NCBI GenBank assembly: GCA_963714385.1
Contig: CAVQOJ010000002.1
Coordinates: forward strand, 326,528-390,527
Direction: 5' to 3'
Source: an uncultured Holophagae bacterium
Lineage (GTDB): Bacteria; Acidobacteriota; Thermoanaerobaculia; Thermoanaerobaculales; Sulfomarinibacteraceae
Length of the DNA: 64,000 bases
Part shown: in pieces, positions 9,826 through 19,111 of the stretch
How the letters are laid out: each line of letters starts with the position of its first letter
Position numbering within the stretch: the stretch's first letter is position 1
The notes under the pieces: generated by a model
What the model saw: the letters and a program-made list of their open reading frames with translations, nothing else
Databases searched by the model: none
What the model was told of the DNA's origin: nothing
Translations under genes and position numbers: made by a program

Positions 9826-9834
9826 TCCTCTGCC

Positions 9835-11541
9835 TCAGTCGGTGGTCCGAGCGAGCCGCTGATACTCCGGGCAATCCCGCATCAGCGACTCTCTCGTGCC
9901 CTCGCAGATCACCCGTCCGCCGGTGAGGACGTAGATCCTCGACGCCAGATCCACGGTGGTGAGCCGGTGGGCGATGATGATCGTGATGGTGTCGCCGATG
10001 ATCTGGCGAAGGGACATCTGGATCGCGGCCTCGGTGCGGTTGTCCAGGGCGCTGGTCGCCTCGTCCAGGATCAGGATGTCGGGCTCCTTGTACAGCGCCC
10101 GCGCGATCGCCAGCCGCTGGCGCTGACCGCCCGAAAGGTTGGTGCCGAACTCGTCCAGCACCGCCTCGACGCCGCCACGCATGGCGTTGACGAAGTCCCA
10201 CGCTCCGGCACGCTCGAGGACTCTTCGCACCCGGTCGGGATCGATTTCGGTTCCGTAGGCGACGTTGGCGGCCACGGTGTCGTTGAAGATGTAGACCCGC
10301 TGGGTGACGATTCCGATGCGGTCCCGCAGGGCCCTGAGGTCGAGCTGGCGAACGTCGACGCCGTTCACCAGCACCCGTCCGCCGCTGGCGTCGTAGAGCC
10401 TGAGAATCAGGTTGACCAGCGATGTCTTGCCGCCGCCGCTGTCTCCCACCAGAGCCACCGTTTCGCCTCGCTCGACGACCAGAGAGGCCCCGTGGAGGGC
10501 GCCGACGTCGCCGTAGCTCAGGCTCACGTCGTCAAATTCCAGGCGCCGGATGGGTCCGTCGATGGTCGCCGTTCCGCCGGTGATGTGCGGGGTCAGGTCG
10601 ATCATGCTGAAGATTCGCTCGGAGGCTGCAACCGCCTCGTAAAGCCCGCTGTACACCACCGAGATTCGTTTGATCGGCGTGTACAGCAGGAATAGTGCGG
10701 TGGCGAACGCGGTGAAGCGGCCGGCGGTCATGTGGCCCTCGATCACCTGGTTCCCACCGAACCACACCACCAGCGCGACCGCGATCGATCCGAGAAACTC
10801 CATCAGGGGGCTCGTCAGCTCGCGAACCCGAATTCCCTTCATGTTGATGCGTCGGAACTCCAGGTTGTCCCGCTCGAACCGCGCGGCTTCGAAGTCCTCG
10901 GTGTGGTGGGCCTTGATGATCTCCACGTTGTTGAAGATCTCGGTCAGGCGTGCGGTGATGTCGGCGTCCTTCTCCTGCGAGCGGTGGGCCAGCTTCCGGA
11001 TCCTGCGCGCCAGCACCACCAGCGGGTAGGCGGCGGCGGGGAGCACCACCAGCCCCCAGAAGGCGAGTGTCGGGCTCTTCCACACCGCGACGATGATCAG
11101 TGCCACGATGACCAGGCTCTCTCTGGCGACCACCGACACCGAGTTGGCCACCGCGTAACGGATGCGGCTGACGTCGTTGGTGATCCGCGAGATCAGCTCG
11201 CCGCCCCGAAAGGTGTTGAAGAAGGCGAGATCGAACGACAGCATGTGCCCCAGCAGACGATCCCGGATGCGCCGGACGATGTCCTCCCCGATCCACTGCA
11301 GCTGGTAGGTCTGGGCGTACCGGGCGATGCCCTGAATCAGGTAGAGGCCGATGATCGTCGGCGGCAGCACCAACAGTGCGTGCCGGTCCTTGTTGATGAA
11401 GATGTCGTCGAGCACGTCCTCGATCAGCCAGGTGAGAGCGCCAGTGGTGGCGGCCACCAGGACCACCCCGATCGCGGCCTGGACGAATCGCGGCACGTAG
11501 TCCTTGAAGTACGGTGCGAAGCGTTTAAAAAACTCGGTCAC
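9835..11541 (-). CDS. ABC transporter, fused permease/ATPase (MsbA-like lipid/glycolipid exporter)
   Basis: 568 aa. N-terminal 6-TM domain. GDSGGGKTS Walker A, LSGGQRQRLAIARAL signature, ILILDEATSALD Walker B. Confidence 0.85.
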   Translation of the reverse strand: MTEFFKRFAPYFKDYVPRFVQAAIGVVLVAATTGALTWLIEDVLDDIFINKDRHALLVLPPTIIGLYLIQGIARYAQTYQLQWIGEDIVRRIRDRLLGHMLSFDLAFFNTFRGGELISRITNDVSRIRYAVANSVSVVARESLVIVALIIVAVWKSPTLAFWGLVVLPAAAYPLVVLARRIRKLAHRSQEKDADITARLTEIFNNVEIIKAHHTEDFEAARFERDNLEFRRINMKGIRVRELTSPLMEFLGSIAVALVVWFGGNQVIEGHMTAGRFTAFATALFLLYTPIKRISVVYSGLYEAVAASERIFSMIDLTPHITGGTATIDGPIRRLEFDDVSLSYGDVGALHGASLVVERGETVALVGDSGGGKTSLVNLILRLYDASGGRVLVNGVDVRQLDLRALRDRIGIVTQRVYIFNDTVAANVAYGTEIDPDRVRRVLERAGAWDFVNAMRGGVEAVLDEFGTNLSGGQRQRLAIARALYKEPDILILDEATSALDNRTEAAIQMSLRQIIGDTITIIIAHRLTTVDLASRIYVLTGGRVICEGTRESLMRDCPEYQRLARTTD

Positions 11542-11614
11542 CGGGCGATCTCCCGCGGTCGGCCCTGAGCCCGCACTGTCAACCCGCGTTACTCACTGCT
11601 GCGCACTGGGGCGC

Positions 11615-12527
11615 TCACGACCCCTCCACCGTGGACGACTGGTCGTCGACCTGCTCCTCGATCCGGTGCAGTCCCTCCCAGGTCGTATCGTCATCGTCAA
11701 ACTCCGGGAGCTTCGGCTCTATGCCGCGGGCATGGTTGACCTGCCACCCCCACAGGATGGCGAACTTCATATACGTGCTGTAAGCCTGGAGTATGCAGAA
11801 CACCAGCCCTCGCGATCCGTCGAGCACCCCGAGCTGGAGGCCGTAGGTCCGCAGGAACCGCCACGCGGGTCTCAGAAGCACGTCGAACACAGTGCAACGG
11901 GTGCCGTCGCGCCAGCACTGGGCCGCCCCCCAGTAGCCGTACCTCGCCAGCCTGAAGGCGTACTCGTCGAAGCTTCGATCCACCATGTGGTGGTCGATGG
12001 AGTGCTTCAGGATCGGAGTCTCTCCCGAGGTATGGAGCAGGGAGTGCACCCTCCGGTTCTCGTAATAGGCGGTGCCGCGCCTGAAGAGCCTGGCCACTCG
12101 GTCCCGCTGCCATCCCGAAAACCGAATTCGCTTGCCGAGAAAGTAACACCGCGCGGTTCATCATGTAGGCGTCGTGCTTGGGCTTGTTGGCCAGCAGATC
12201 TTCCACCTCGCGGCGGAGACCCGGCGTGCACCTTTCGTCGGCGTCCAGCAGCAGCACCCAGTCATATCGAACGTGCTGGAGGGCCCAGTTCTTCTGGGCG
12301 CCCGCTCCAAAGTAAGGACGCTGAAAAAACCGCACCTTGTCGTAGGACCGGGCGATCTCCGGGGTTCGGTCCGACGAAAAGGAGTCCACCAAAATGATCT
12401 CATCGCACCAGTCGATCGACTCGATGCAGTCGCCGATATTGTGCTCCTCGTTGAAGGACGTGATGATCCCGGACACCTTGGGCCTGGGTCTGCCGTCACC
12501 GGTCGCCGTGGTTTCTGGTTCCGTCAT
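11615..12527 (-). pseudogene. family-2 glycosyltransferase interrupted by one frameshift (or assembly indel)
   Basis: N-terminal part in track ORF 11697..12527 (VSGIITSFNEE...LLLDADE...KPKHDAYMMNR). C-terminal part in another frame (ARCYFLGKRIRFSGWQRDRVARLFRRGTAYYENRRVH..., track ORF 11615..12097). The frame switch is confined to accgcgcgg at ~12148-12157. Confidence 0.7.
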
Positions 12528-12662
12528 GTTGATCCCAACCGAGGGCTGCGGAGCCCTGTCGGTCGAAATGCTAGCACACGCTCCCGTATCTGGACGGCCC
12601 TTCGGTGGTACCAGTCATTGGGGAGATGAACGGTCACGGTCGACCGCCCATCGAGCCCACAA

Positions 12663-13373
12663 ATGCAGATGAACTCCGAATTTCGGAACCGCCACGTCCT
12701 GCTCGTCGGATCGACGTCCGGCGCCATCGACCGATTTGCGCCGATGCTGCAGCGCGCCGGATTCGATGTCCACACCGTTCGGCCGAGCGAAATCGTCCTC
12801 GACCTGGTCATGGGCACCAACTTCGACGTCCTGATCCTGGGCTACCCGTTGCCGGAGATGGACATCCACAGGCTGCTGTACTCGATCCGGGCGGAAGGCT
12901 CGGCGAGCCACGACGCAGGGGTGTTGCTGCTCGCGCGGCCGGGCTTTCTCGACGCGGCACAGGCGCTGCTGTCACTGGGAGCGAACCGCGTGGTCGGCCT
13001 GGATTGGACGGAATCACGTTTCTGGCAGTCGGTCGGAGATCTCCTCAACGTAGCCCCTCGGGCGCGGCTCAAATCCATGCTCTACGCCGACGTCGAGGCG
13101 TCCGAGGCCCGCGACCGGCTCCTCTACCGCACGGTCAACGTCTCCCGGACCGGCATCCTCCTCCGGGGCGACGACCTGTTCACCCCGGGCACGATCTTCG
13201 ACTTCGCGTTCCGCCTCCCGTCAGAGCCCCGACCCGTGGAAGGGCGCGCCGAGGTGGTCCGCCGCGCCGATCCCGACCGGGAGGGGATGTCCGGAATCGC
13301 CGCCCGGTTCGTCAACCTCCAGGACGACGGGCACTTCCGGCTCAAGCAGTACGTCAAGTACTTCCACGCCTAG
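12663..13373 (+). CDS. pseudo-receiver (REC-like) + PilZ domain protein, putative c-di-GMP effector
   Basis: C-terminal PilZ motifs RARLK (RxxxR) and NVSRTG (D/NxSxxG). The N-terminal CheY-like fold lacks the acidic pocket (LLVGSTSG; LILGYPLPEMD). Confidence 0.65.
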   Translation: MQMNSEFRNRHVLLVGSTSGAIDRFAPMLQRAGFDVHTVRPSEIVLDLVMGTNFDVLILGYPLPEMDIHRLLYSIRAEGSASHDAGVLLLARPGFLDAAQALLSLGANRVVGLDWTESRFWQSVGDLLNVAPRARLKSMLYADVEASEARDRLLYRTVNVSRTGILLRGDDLFTPGTIFDFAFRLPSEPRPVEGRAEVVRRADPDREGMSGIAARFVNLQDDGHFRLKQYVKYFHA

Positions 13374-13412
13374 CCTACGGGCGGAGACTGTTCGGTTCGT
13401 ATCTGCTGGCTG

Positions 13413-13468
13413 CTCGAAAAGCTGCCCACCCACCCAACCCTCCCCCGCTTTTCGAGTTTTTTTGTTTT
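13413..13468 (+). terminator. rho-independent terminator after the PilZ gene
   Basis: 10-bp stem ctcgaaaagc / gcttttcgag. The 24-nt loop contains cccacccaccc. Followed by tttttttgttttt. Confidence 0.6.
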
Positions 13469-13474
13469 TAAGGG

Positions 13475-14665
13475 TCAATGTCTCGGAAGGAGAAGGTAGA
13501 GCTCGCCGAGGTGTTTGGTGCGGCCGGCGAGGTCGCCGGCGGCATCGCCGGTTCCAAAAAAGAGATCGACGCGGCCGGGGCCGGTGATCGCGCCGCCGGT
13601 GTCCTCGATGACCACCAACCTCGACAGCGGTTGATCTCCGCCCGAGGGCGACGGCAGGCGACCCCGCAGGAAGGCCACGGTCGGCGCCGGAAACAGGCGC
13701 CGGTCGACGGCGATCGAGCGCCCGGCGGTCACCGGCACCCCGAAACAGCCGATCGGACCCCCCTCGGCAGGCAGCGAACGGAAGAAGACGTAGCTCGGGT
13801 TGTAGCTCAGCACCCGCACCACCTCCTCCGGGTGGGCGTGCAGGTACGCCTTGATCGCCTGCATGGACATCTCGTCGGGGGTCATCGCACCCTCGTCGAG
13901 CAAGAGCCGCCCGATCGAGCGGTAGGGATGCCCGTTGCCCGAAGCGTACCCGGCACGGAGCCGTTCGCCACTCGGAAAGACCAGAGTTCCAGACCCCTGG
14001 ACCTGCAGGAAGAAGACCTCCACGACGTCATCCAGGTAGCCGAGAACCTCCGGAGTTGCCGGCAAACCCTCCTCGAAATCGATCTCGCCTCGGTCCGGGA
14101 ACGGAACCAGCCGCGACCCGTCGAGTCGCCCCACCAGTGACTTCCGGTCGCACTCCACCCCGAAATCGGAGAGGTCCAGGCTGATGAGATCGCCGGGAAT
14201 CACATAGATCGGGTACACGAACGGCGACTCGGCGATGCGACGGGCATCGAGCAGCGGCTCGTAGTAGCCGGTGATCAAGACCTCTCCCCGTCCATCGCGG
14301 CCGGCAGACCGAAGCAGGACGAAGCTCTCCTGCAGGGCCTTGGTCCGAGTCGACGGATCCCCAAACCCCTCCACGATGGCCGCGGCCAGCCGCAGGCCCG
14401 AGGCGAGCTCGGCGGCCGATCGTCGGTGACTCCCGAACAGGAAGCTCCGTTCAGGCTGGAGACCCTCGAGGTACTGCAAACCGTATCCCACCGCCTCGGC
14501 GAAGCTGGCGGGATCCAGGTCATCCAGCAGGGACGGCCACTGACTCTCCGGCACCACCTCGAATGGTGCGGGGGCCGGTACCGGGGGTGGCGGGGTGGTG
14601 GTTGCGCACGCCCAACCCAACACGGCGGACGCCAGAGCCGGCGCCGCCCGCCACGAACGGATCAA
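13475..14665 (-). CDS. mltA: membrane-bound lytic murein transglycosylase A (MltA family) lipoprotein
   Basis: C-terminal ~400 aa of track ORF 13475..15931. ITGYYEP, FFLQVQGSG, GYASGNGHPYRSIGR, DTGGAI motifs. Lipobox LGWAC. Proposed TTG start 14665 overlaps the dctM stop (TTGA). Confidence 0.8.
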   Translation of the reverse strand: MIRSWRAAPALASAVLGWACATTTPPPPVPAPAPFEVVPESQWPSLLDDLDPASFAEAVGYGLQYLEGLQPERSFLFGSHRRSAAELASGLRLAAAIVEGFGDPSTRTKALQESFVLLRSAGRDGRGEVLITGYYEPLLDARRIAESPFVYPIYVIPGDLISLDLSDFGVECDRKSLVGRLDGSRLVPFPDRGEIDFEEGLPATPEVLGYLDDVVEVFFLQVQGSGTLVFPSGERLRAGYASGNGHPYRSIGRLLLDEGAMTPDEMSMQAIKAYLHAHPEEVVRVLSYNPSYVFFRSLPAEGGPIGCFGVPVTAGRSIAVDRRLFPAPTVAFLRGRLPSPSGGDQPLSRLVVIEDTGGAITGPGRVDLFFGTGDAAGDLAGRTKHLGELYLLLPRH

Positions 14666-15927
14666 GGCACCAGGGCCAGAGAAAGCCACGGCAGGTAGGT
14701 GATGAGCAGCACGCAGATCAACAGAATGACGAGGAACGGGATCGCCGCCCTGTAAAGCAGAATGATCGGTTTTTCGAACCGGTAGCTCGCGATGAACAGG
14801 TTGATGCCTACCGGAGGGGTGCAGTAGCCGATCTGCATGTTGGCCAGGAAGATGATGCCGAGGTGGATCGGGTCGACGCCGTAACCCATCGCCAGCGGGA
14901 GGATCAGCGGCACCACGATCACCAGCGCCGAGAACACATCGAGCATGGTGCCGAGCAGCAGCAGGAAGATGTTGAGCAGAATCAAGAAGGTGAGCTTGCT
15001 CGACACGTGGGTGGTCACCGCGGCGAACAGCTTGGTGGGAACCTGGGCGTCGATCATGTAGTTGGTGGAGGCGAGCGACGCACCCAGGATGATCAGAATG
15101 CCGCCCACCATCATCATCGACTCGCGCATGATCCCGGGCAGACGGCGCATCGGGATCTCCCGATAGATCAGGACCTCCACCACGAACACGTAGACCACGG
15201 TCACTGCCGCCGCCTCGGAGACCGCGAATATTCCGCTGTAGACACCGCCGAGCACGATCACGGGGAGGGGGGCCTCCCACATCGCTTCGCGCAGCGCCGC
15301 TCCGACCTCGCCAAAGCTGAAGGGAGGGGCCACCACCGCTGCGGTGGTCACCTGCCGGCCGGCGCGATAGCTCCACATCGCCAGCAGCCCGAGCATGAGC
15401 ACCCCCGGCAGGATGCCGGCGATGAACAGCTTGTCGATGGGCACCTCGGCGACGATTCCGTACAGGATGAGCGGCAGCGAGGGGGCGAACAGCAGACCGA
15501 GGCTGCCCGAGGTCGTGATCAGACCGAGATTGAACTTCTCGGTGTACCCGGCGTCGCGCAACGCCGGGTAGAGCAGCGCGCCGAGGGCGACGATGGTCAC
15601 CCCGGAGGCACCGGTAAAGGCCGTGAACAGAGCGCAGGCCACCAGCGCCACCACTGCGAGCCCGCCGGGAAGCCACCCGAAAAGCGCGTTCGACGCCCGC
15701 ACCAGCCGCCGCGGGGCTTCGCTCTCCCCGAGCAGATAACCGGCAAAGGTGAACAGTGGGATGGCGAGCAGCACCGGCGTTTCGGCGATCCGGTACATCT
15801 CCATCGGCACGATCATCGGATCGACGCCGGTCTTCGAAAACCCGATCAGAGCGCTGGCCGCGATCACCGCGAACAGCGGGGCTCCCAGCACGGCCAACAG
15901 GATCAGGGCGAGACCGATGAGGATCAT
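14662..15927 (-). CDS. TRAP transporter large permease (DctM family)
   Basis: Polytopic membrane protein MILIGLALILLAVLGAPLFAV.... Start ATG 15927 overlaps the dctQ stop (ATGA). Confidence 0.9.
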   Translation of the reverse strand: MILIGLALILLAVLGAPLFAVIAASALIGFSKTGVDPMIVPMEMYRIAETPVLLAIPLFTFAGYLLGESEAPRRLVRASNALFGWLPGGLAVVALVACALFTAFTGASGVTIVALGALLYPALRDAGYTEKFNLGLITTSGSLGLLFAPSLPLILYGIVAEVPIDKLFIAGILPGVLMLGLLAMWSYRAGRQVTTAAVVAPPFSFGEVGAALREAMWEAPLPVIVLGGVYSGIFAVSEAAAVTVVYVFVVEVLIYREIPMRRLPGIMRESMMMVGGILIILGASLASTNYMIDAQVPTKLFAAVTTHVSSKLTFLILLNIFLLLLGTMLDVFSALVIVVPLILPLAMGYGVDPIHLGIIFLANMQIGYCTPPVGINLFIASYRFEKPIILLYRAAIPFLVILLICVLLITYLPWLSLALVP

Positions 15928-16442
15928 CCATCCCCCCGATCGCCCAGGACCGCCCTCAGGTGGTGGCCGGCATAGACCAGGTAACGCACGGCAATCACCG
16001 TGAAGGCCACGGGCAGGATCAGCTCGCACACCCACATGGGGACCGACGCGAATAGCGTGGTGCCGGCCTCCCGGTCACTCTGCAGCAGGCGCCAGGCGTT
16101 CCAGCCCACCGCCAGGGAAACCCCGGCGGTGAAGAGATCGGTGAACACGCGGAGCGCCGCCTTCGACCGTTTCGACAGAAACCGCGACACGGCGTCCACC
16201 GAGATCTGTTTGTCGAACCGGGTCGCTACCATGGCGCCGACCATGCCGACCCAGAGCACCATCACCCTCAGCGAGGGGTCCGCCCACAGCAGACCCCTCC
16301 CGAGGACGTTCCGAAACAGAATCTGGCTGGCCGCCAAAACGATCATTCCCGCCAGCAGCGCCACCAGCAACCCGTCCTCCACCGCCTCCACCGCCCTCAG
16401 CAACGGGCTTCTGGGAACGCCGCCAGCCGGGCGGTCGCTCAC
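15924..16442 (-). CDS. TRAP transporter small permease (DctQ family)
   Basis: ~172 aa, 4 hydrophobic helices. GTG start 16442 overlaps the dctP stop (GTGA). The track ORF N-terminal extension is rejected. Confidence 0.75.
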   Translation of the reverse strand: MSDRPAGGVPRSPLLRAVEAVEDGLLVALLAGMIVLAASQILFRNVLGRGLLWADPSLRVMVLWVGMVGAMVATRFDKQISVDAVSRFLSKRSKAALRVFTDLFTAGVSLAVGWNAWRLLQSDREAGTTLFASVPMWVCELILPVAFTVIAVRYLVYAGHHLRAVLGDRGDG

Positions 16443-17464
16443 CGGCCGGTCCCGGCCCCACCGTGCTCGGCCCGAAAGGCGGTCAGGGCGGCCTGGATCT
16501 GGGAGATAAGGCTCGGATCGTAGTTCTGGGAGGAGATCAGCGACCGTGTCGCCTCTGCGGCGATGGTCTTCCACCTCTGGACCGTTTCCTCGGTGGGGCT
16601 GACGAAGGTCACGCCCTGCTTCTCCAGGGCGATCCGCGCACCAGCGTTGTCGGCGCGGGCCTTGCCGTCAAGGGTCGCGGTCACCCGGCCCATCACCTCT
16701 TTGACCAACGCCTGATCTTCCGGCTTGAGACGATCGAAGGCCTGCCGGCTGAGGACCAGTGCCCCGTAGACGTACGTCACCGGCAGGTCGGTCACGAAGG
16801 TGGCCCTGGTGAACCACTGCAGGGCCACCGCCGCCACCGGCGGCGCCGCCACGGTGTCCACGAGACCGGTCTGCAACCCCGTCATCACGTCCGCCAGACC
16901 CAGCGGCACCGGCGACAAGCCGGCCCCGTCCACGATCGCCTTCGAAATGCTGTCCCCCTCCGGCATCCAGACCTTGCGGCCCTTGAGGTCGGCAAAAGAC
17001 CGGGCCGGCTTGGTGGACATCAGGTACACGAATCCGGTTTCCACAAAACCAAGCACAACGTACCCGTCATCCTCGATTCTGTCGATCAACTTCTGATCGA
17101 AGCGCTGACGGATCCAGTCGACCTCGTCGTAGTCTTCGAACAGCAGCGGCAGGTTATAAAGCTCGGCGTTGTTTTCGACCGACGCCAGGCTGCCGGACAG
17201 AATCGCCCCGCCGTGCAGCTGGCCGATTCGCATCTTGCGCAGCACCGCCAGGTCCGAACCCATGGTGCCGCCGGGATAGAAACGGAAGGTCACCCGATTC
17301 GACGTTCGCTCGGCAATCTCGTCGGCGCCGAGGCGGGCCTCGTTGACCCAGGTCGATCCCTCGGGAGCGATGGTGGCGATCTTCAGCTGCACCTGCTGGG
17401 CTGAAGCCACGCCGGCCGACAGCAGGGTTGTGATGGCAACGGCGGCGGTCGTCAGCTTCCTCAT
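16439..17464 (-). CDS. TRAP transporter substrate-binding protein (DctP/TatP-type)
   Basis: 341 aa. Signal peptide MRKLTTAAVAITTLLSAGVASAQQ. DctP-family length and composition. In an operon with Q/M. Confidence 0.9.
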   Translation of the reverse strand: MRKLTTAAVAITTLLSAGVASAQQVQLKIATIAPEGSTWVNEARLGADEIAERTSNRVTFRFYPGGTMGSDLAVLRKMRIGQLHGGAILSGSLASVENNAELYNLPLLFEDYDEVDWIRQRFDQKLIDRIEDDGYVVLGFVETGFVYLMSTKPARSFADLKGRKVWMPEGDSISKAIVDGAGLSPVPLGLADVMTGLQTGLVDTVAAPPVAAVALQWFTRATFVTDLPVTYVYGALVLSRQAFDRLKPEDQALVKEVMGRVTATLDGKARADNAGARIALEKQGVTFVSPTEETVQRWKTIAAEATRSLISSQNYDPSLISQIQAALTAFRAEHGGAGTGR

Positions 17465-17467
17465 TCG

Positions 17468-18388
17468 TCAGTCTCCAAAGTAATCCTGCGAGTCTGCCAG
17501 GAGCCGGCGCGCGTCTTCCTGGGCAATGGCGTTGGACAGGGTGAAGCCCGGCTGCACCGGATCCGCCTCGATGACCTCCCGGCACAACTGATCGTGGAGC
17601 TCACGATCGAAGGTCAGCCGCGCGTACTCGCTCGCCAGCAGGGTCTTGGCCATCAGGTTGCGACCGCCGGACAGCTCGATCGCCTTCTCGAAGTGGCGCC
17701 TGCCTTCCTCGGGGTGGCCGCCCATCGCCGCGGGCAGCAGGGATTCCAGAGCGCCCAGATAAAGATACGCGGACCCTTCGCGAAAATCAGGGTCGATCTC
17801 GGCCACCCGTCTCATCATTGCGTCGACCCTGGCCTTGTCGGCGATGGCCGACCAGTCGGCCCGGTGGACGCGAATCCATGTCGTCCAGGCAGCCGCCGTC
17901 ACGAACGCCGCGGGGACGTCTTTCGGGCCGAGACTCCCGACGGCGGCCTCGAAGCGGTCGAAGGGTGCGGTCCAGCTGTCGCACATCGTCTTCTTGGTGC
18001 CGCACATACCTCGCCACCCATAGTCACGGCCCTTGACCGACAGCCGCTTCGCACGCTCTGGATCCTCGACGAAGGCGGCCGCGTAGCTCGAGTAGAGCTC
18101 GGCGCCGGCCAGGAGCACATCGCTGCCGTTCGGGTTGTCGGCGATCAAACCGTCGATGAGCACCAGATAGGCCGGGGCGGCCTGGCGTACCGTTTCGGGG
18201 TCGTTCTGGTTGACGATGGCCTCCGAGAGGTTGTTGGCCAATCGGCCCGTGGTGGACGACACCACCGCCGAGCAACCGGTCAACGCCGCCGACAGCCCGA
18301 CCGCGACCATCAGACGGCCGGCGCGAATCACACCGTTTGTTGCCGTTCGATCAACGTTCAAAGGGTCCCTCGTCATATGGATCTGCAA
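17468..18388 (-). CDS. TatT-family TPR-like lipoprotein (accessory component of TPAT-type TRAP transporters)
   Basis: Lipobox LTGCS. Helical-repeat protein ending ...AMGGHPEEGRRHFEKAIELSGGRNLMAKTLLASEYARLTFDRELHDQL, as in TatT homologues. 3-nt gap to dctP. Confidence 0.7.
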   Translation of the reverse strand: MQIHMTRDPLNVDRTATNGVIRAGRLMVAVGLSAALTGCSAVVSSTTGRLANNLSEAIVNQNDPETVRQAAPAYLVLIDGLIADNPNGSDVLLAGAELYSSYAAAFVEDPERAKRLSVKGRDYGWRGMCGTKKTMCDSWTAPFDRFEAAVGSLGPKDVPAAFVTAAAWTTWIRVHRADWSAIADKARVDAMMRRVAEIDPDFREGSAYLYLGALESLLPAAMGGHPEEGRRHFEKAIELSGGRNLMAKTLLASEYARLTFDRELHDQLCREVIEADPVQPGFTLSNAIAQEDARRLLADSQDYFGD

Positions 18389-18426
18389 CCGGCCGCAGCC
18401 GAGGTCGATTCCCGGCGACTCATCTG

Positions 18427-19074
18427 TCAGCGGGCGCCGAACCCCCCGCGGAGTGTACCGCCGTCTCCCGATAAACGGGCGATCGGCACCGTTGGGCCCG
18501 CCCCGCCGGTATTGGTGATGACGGTCCGGCCCTGAGTGTCCCGCGTCATCTTGACCGGGGAGATCAAGCGACCGCCCGAGATCCGGTACGGCTTGCCCGT
18601 GTACAACGACATGATCCTCGCCACATAGTCCCTGGTCTCCCGGTAGGGCGGAATCCCCCGGTATTTCTCCACCGCCCCTTCACCGGCGTTGTACGCGGCC
18701 AGGGCGAGCTGGAGGTTGCCCGAGTACCGGTCGATGAGCCGGTCCAGCTCGCGCACCCCGCCCCGCACATTCTGCTCGGGATCGAAGGGGTCGTCGACGT
18801 CGAGCCGGTCCGCGGTGGCCGGCATCAGCTGCATCAGCCCCTGGGCGCCCTTGCGACTCAGCGCCCGCGGGTTGTAGCCGGACTCGACCCGCACCAGGGC
18901 ATCCACGAGTTGCGGATCGAGCCCCCGTTCGCTGCTGATCTCCCGCACCAGCTCGCGCAGGTCTGTCTGCCGGACCACCCCGTCGGCCGCCGGCGGCGCG
19001 GAAGCATCCACCGTCGCCGCGGGCGGGACCGCTGCGCCGAGCGCAGCCAAAATGAGTACCGATCGAACACCCAT
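18427..19074 (-). CDS. soluble lytic transglycosylase (SLT domain) protein
   Basis: RVESGYNPRALSRKGAQGLMQLMPATA...AYNAGEGAV. Signal peptide from ATG 19074 (MGVRSVLILAALGAAV). The track ORF extension to 19260 is rejected. Confidence 0.8.
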   Translation of the reverse strand: MGVRSVLILAALGAAVPPAATVDASAPPAADGVVRQTDLRELVREISSERGLDPQLVDALVRVESGYNPRALSRKGAQGLMQLMPATADRLDVDDPFDPEQNVRGGVRELDRLIDRYSGNLQLALAAYNAGEGAVEKYRGIPPYRETRDYVARIMSLYTGKPYRISGGRLISPVKMTRDTQGRTVITNTGGAGPTVPIARLSGDGGTLRGGFGAR

Positions 19075-19111
19075 CCCAGTTATTATGACAAATCGTGTGC
19101 CGGAGGTGCAG

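Noticed and set aside
13475-15931. 818-aa ORF, and other very long N-terminal extensions: 43085..45091, 45383..47611, 49428..50636, 55686..57374, 57395..61849.
   Set aside because: The upstream portions run through the neighbouring gene in another frame or through repeat arrays. Downstream in-frame starts with SD sequences, signal peptides or 4-nt overlaps with the upstream stop fit far better.
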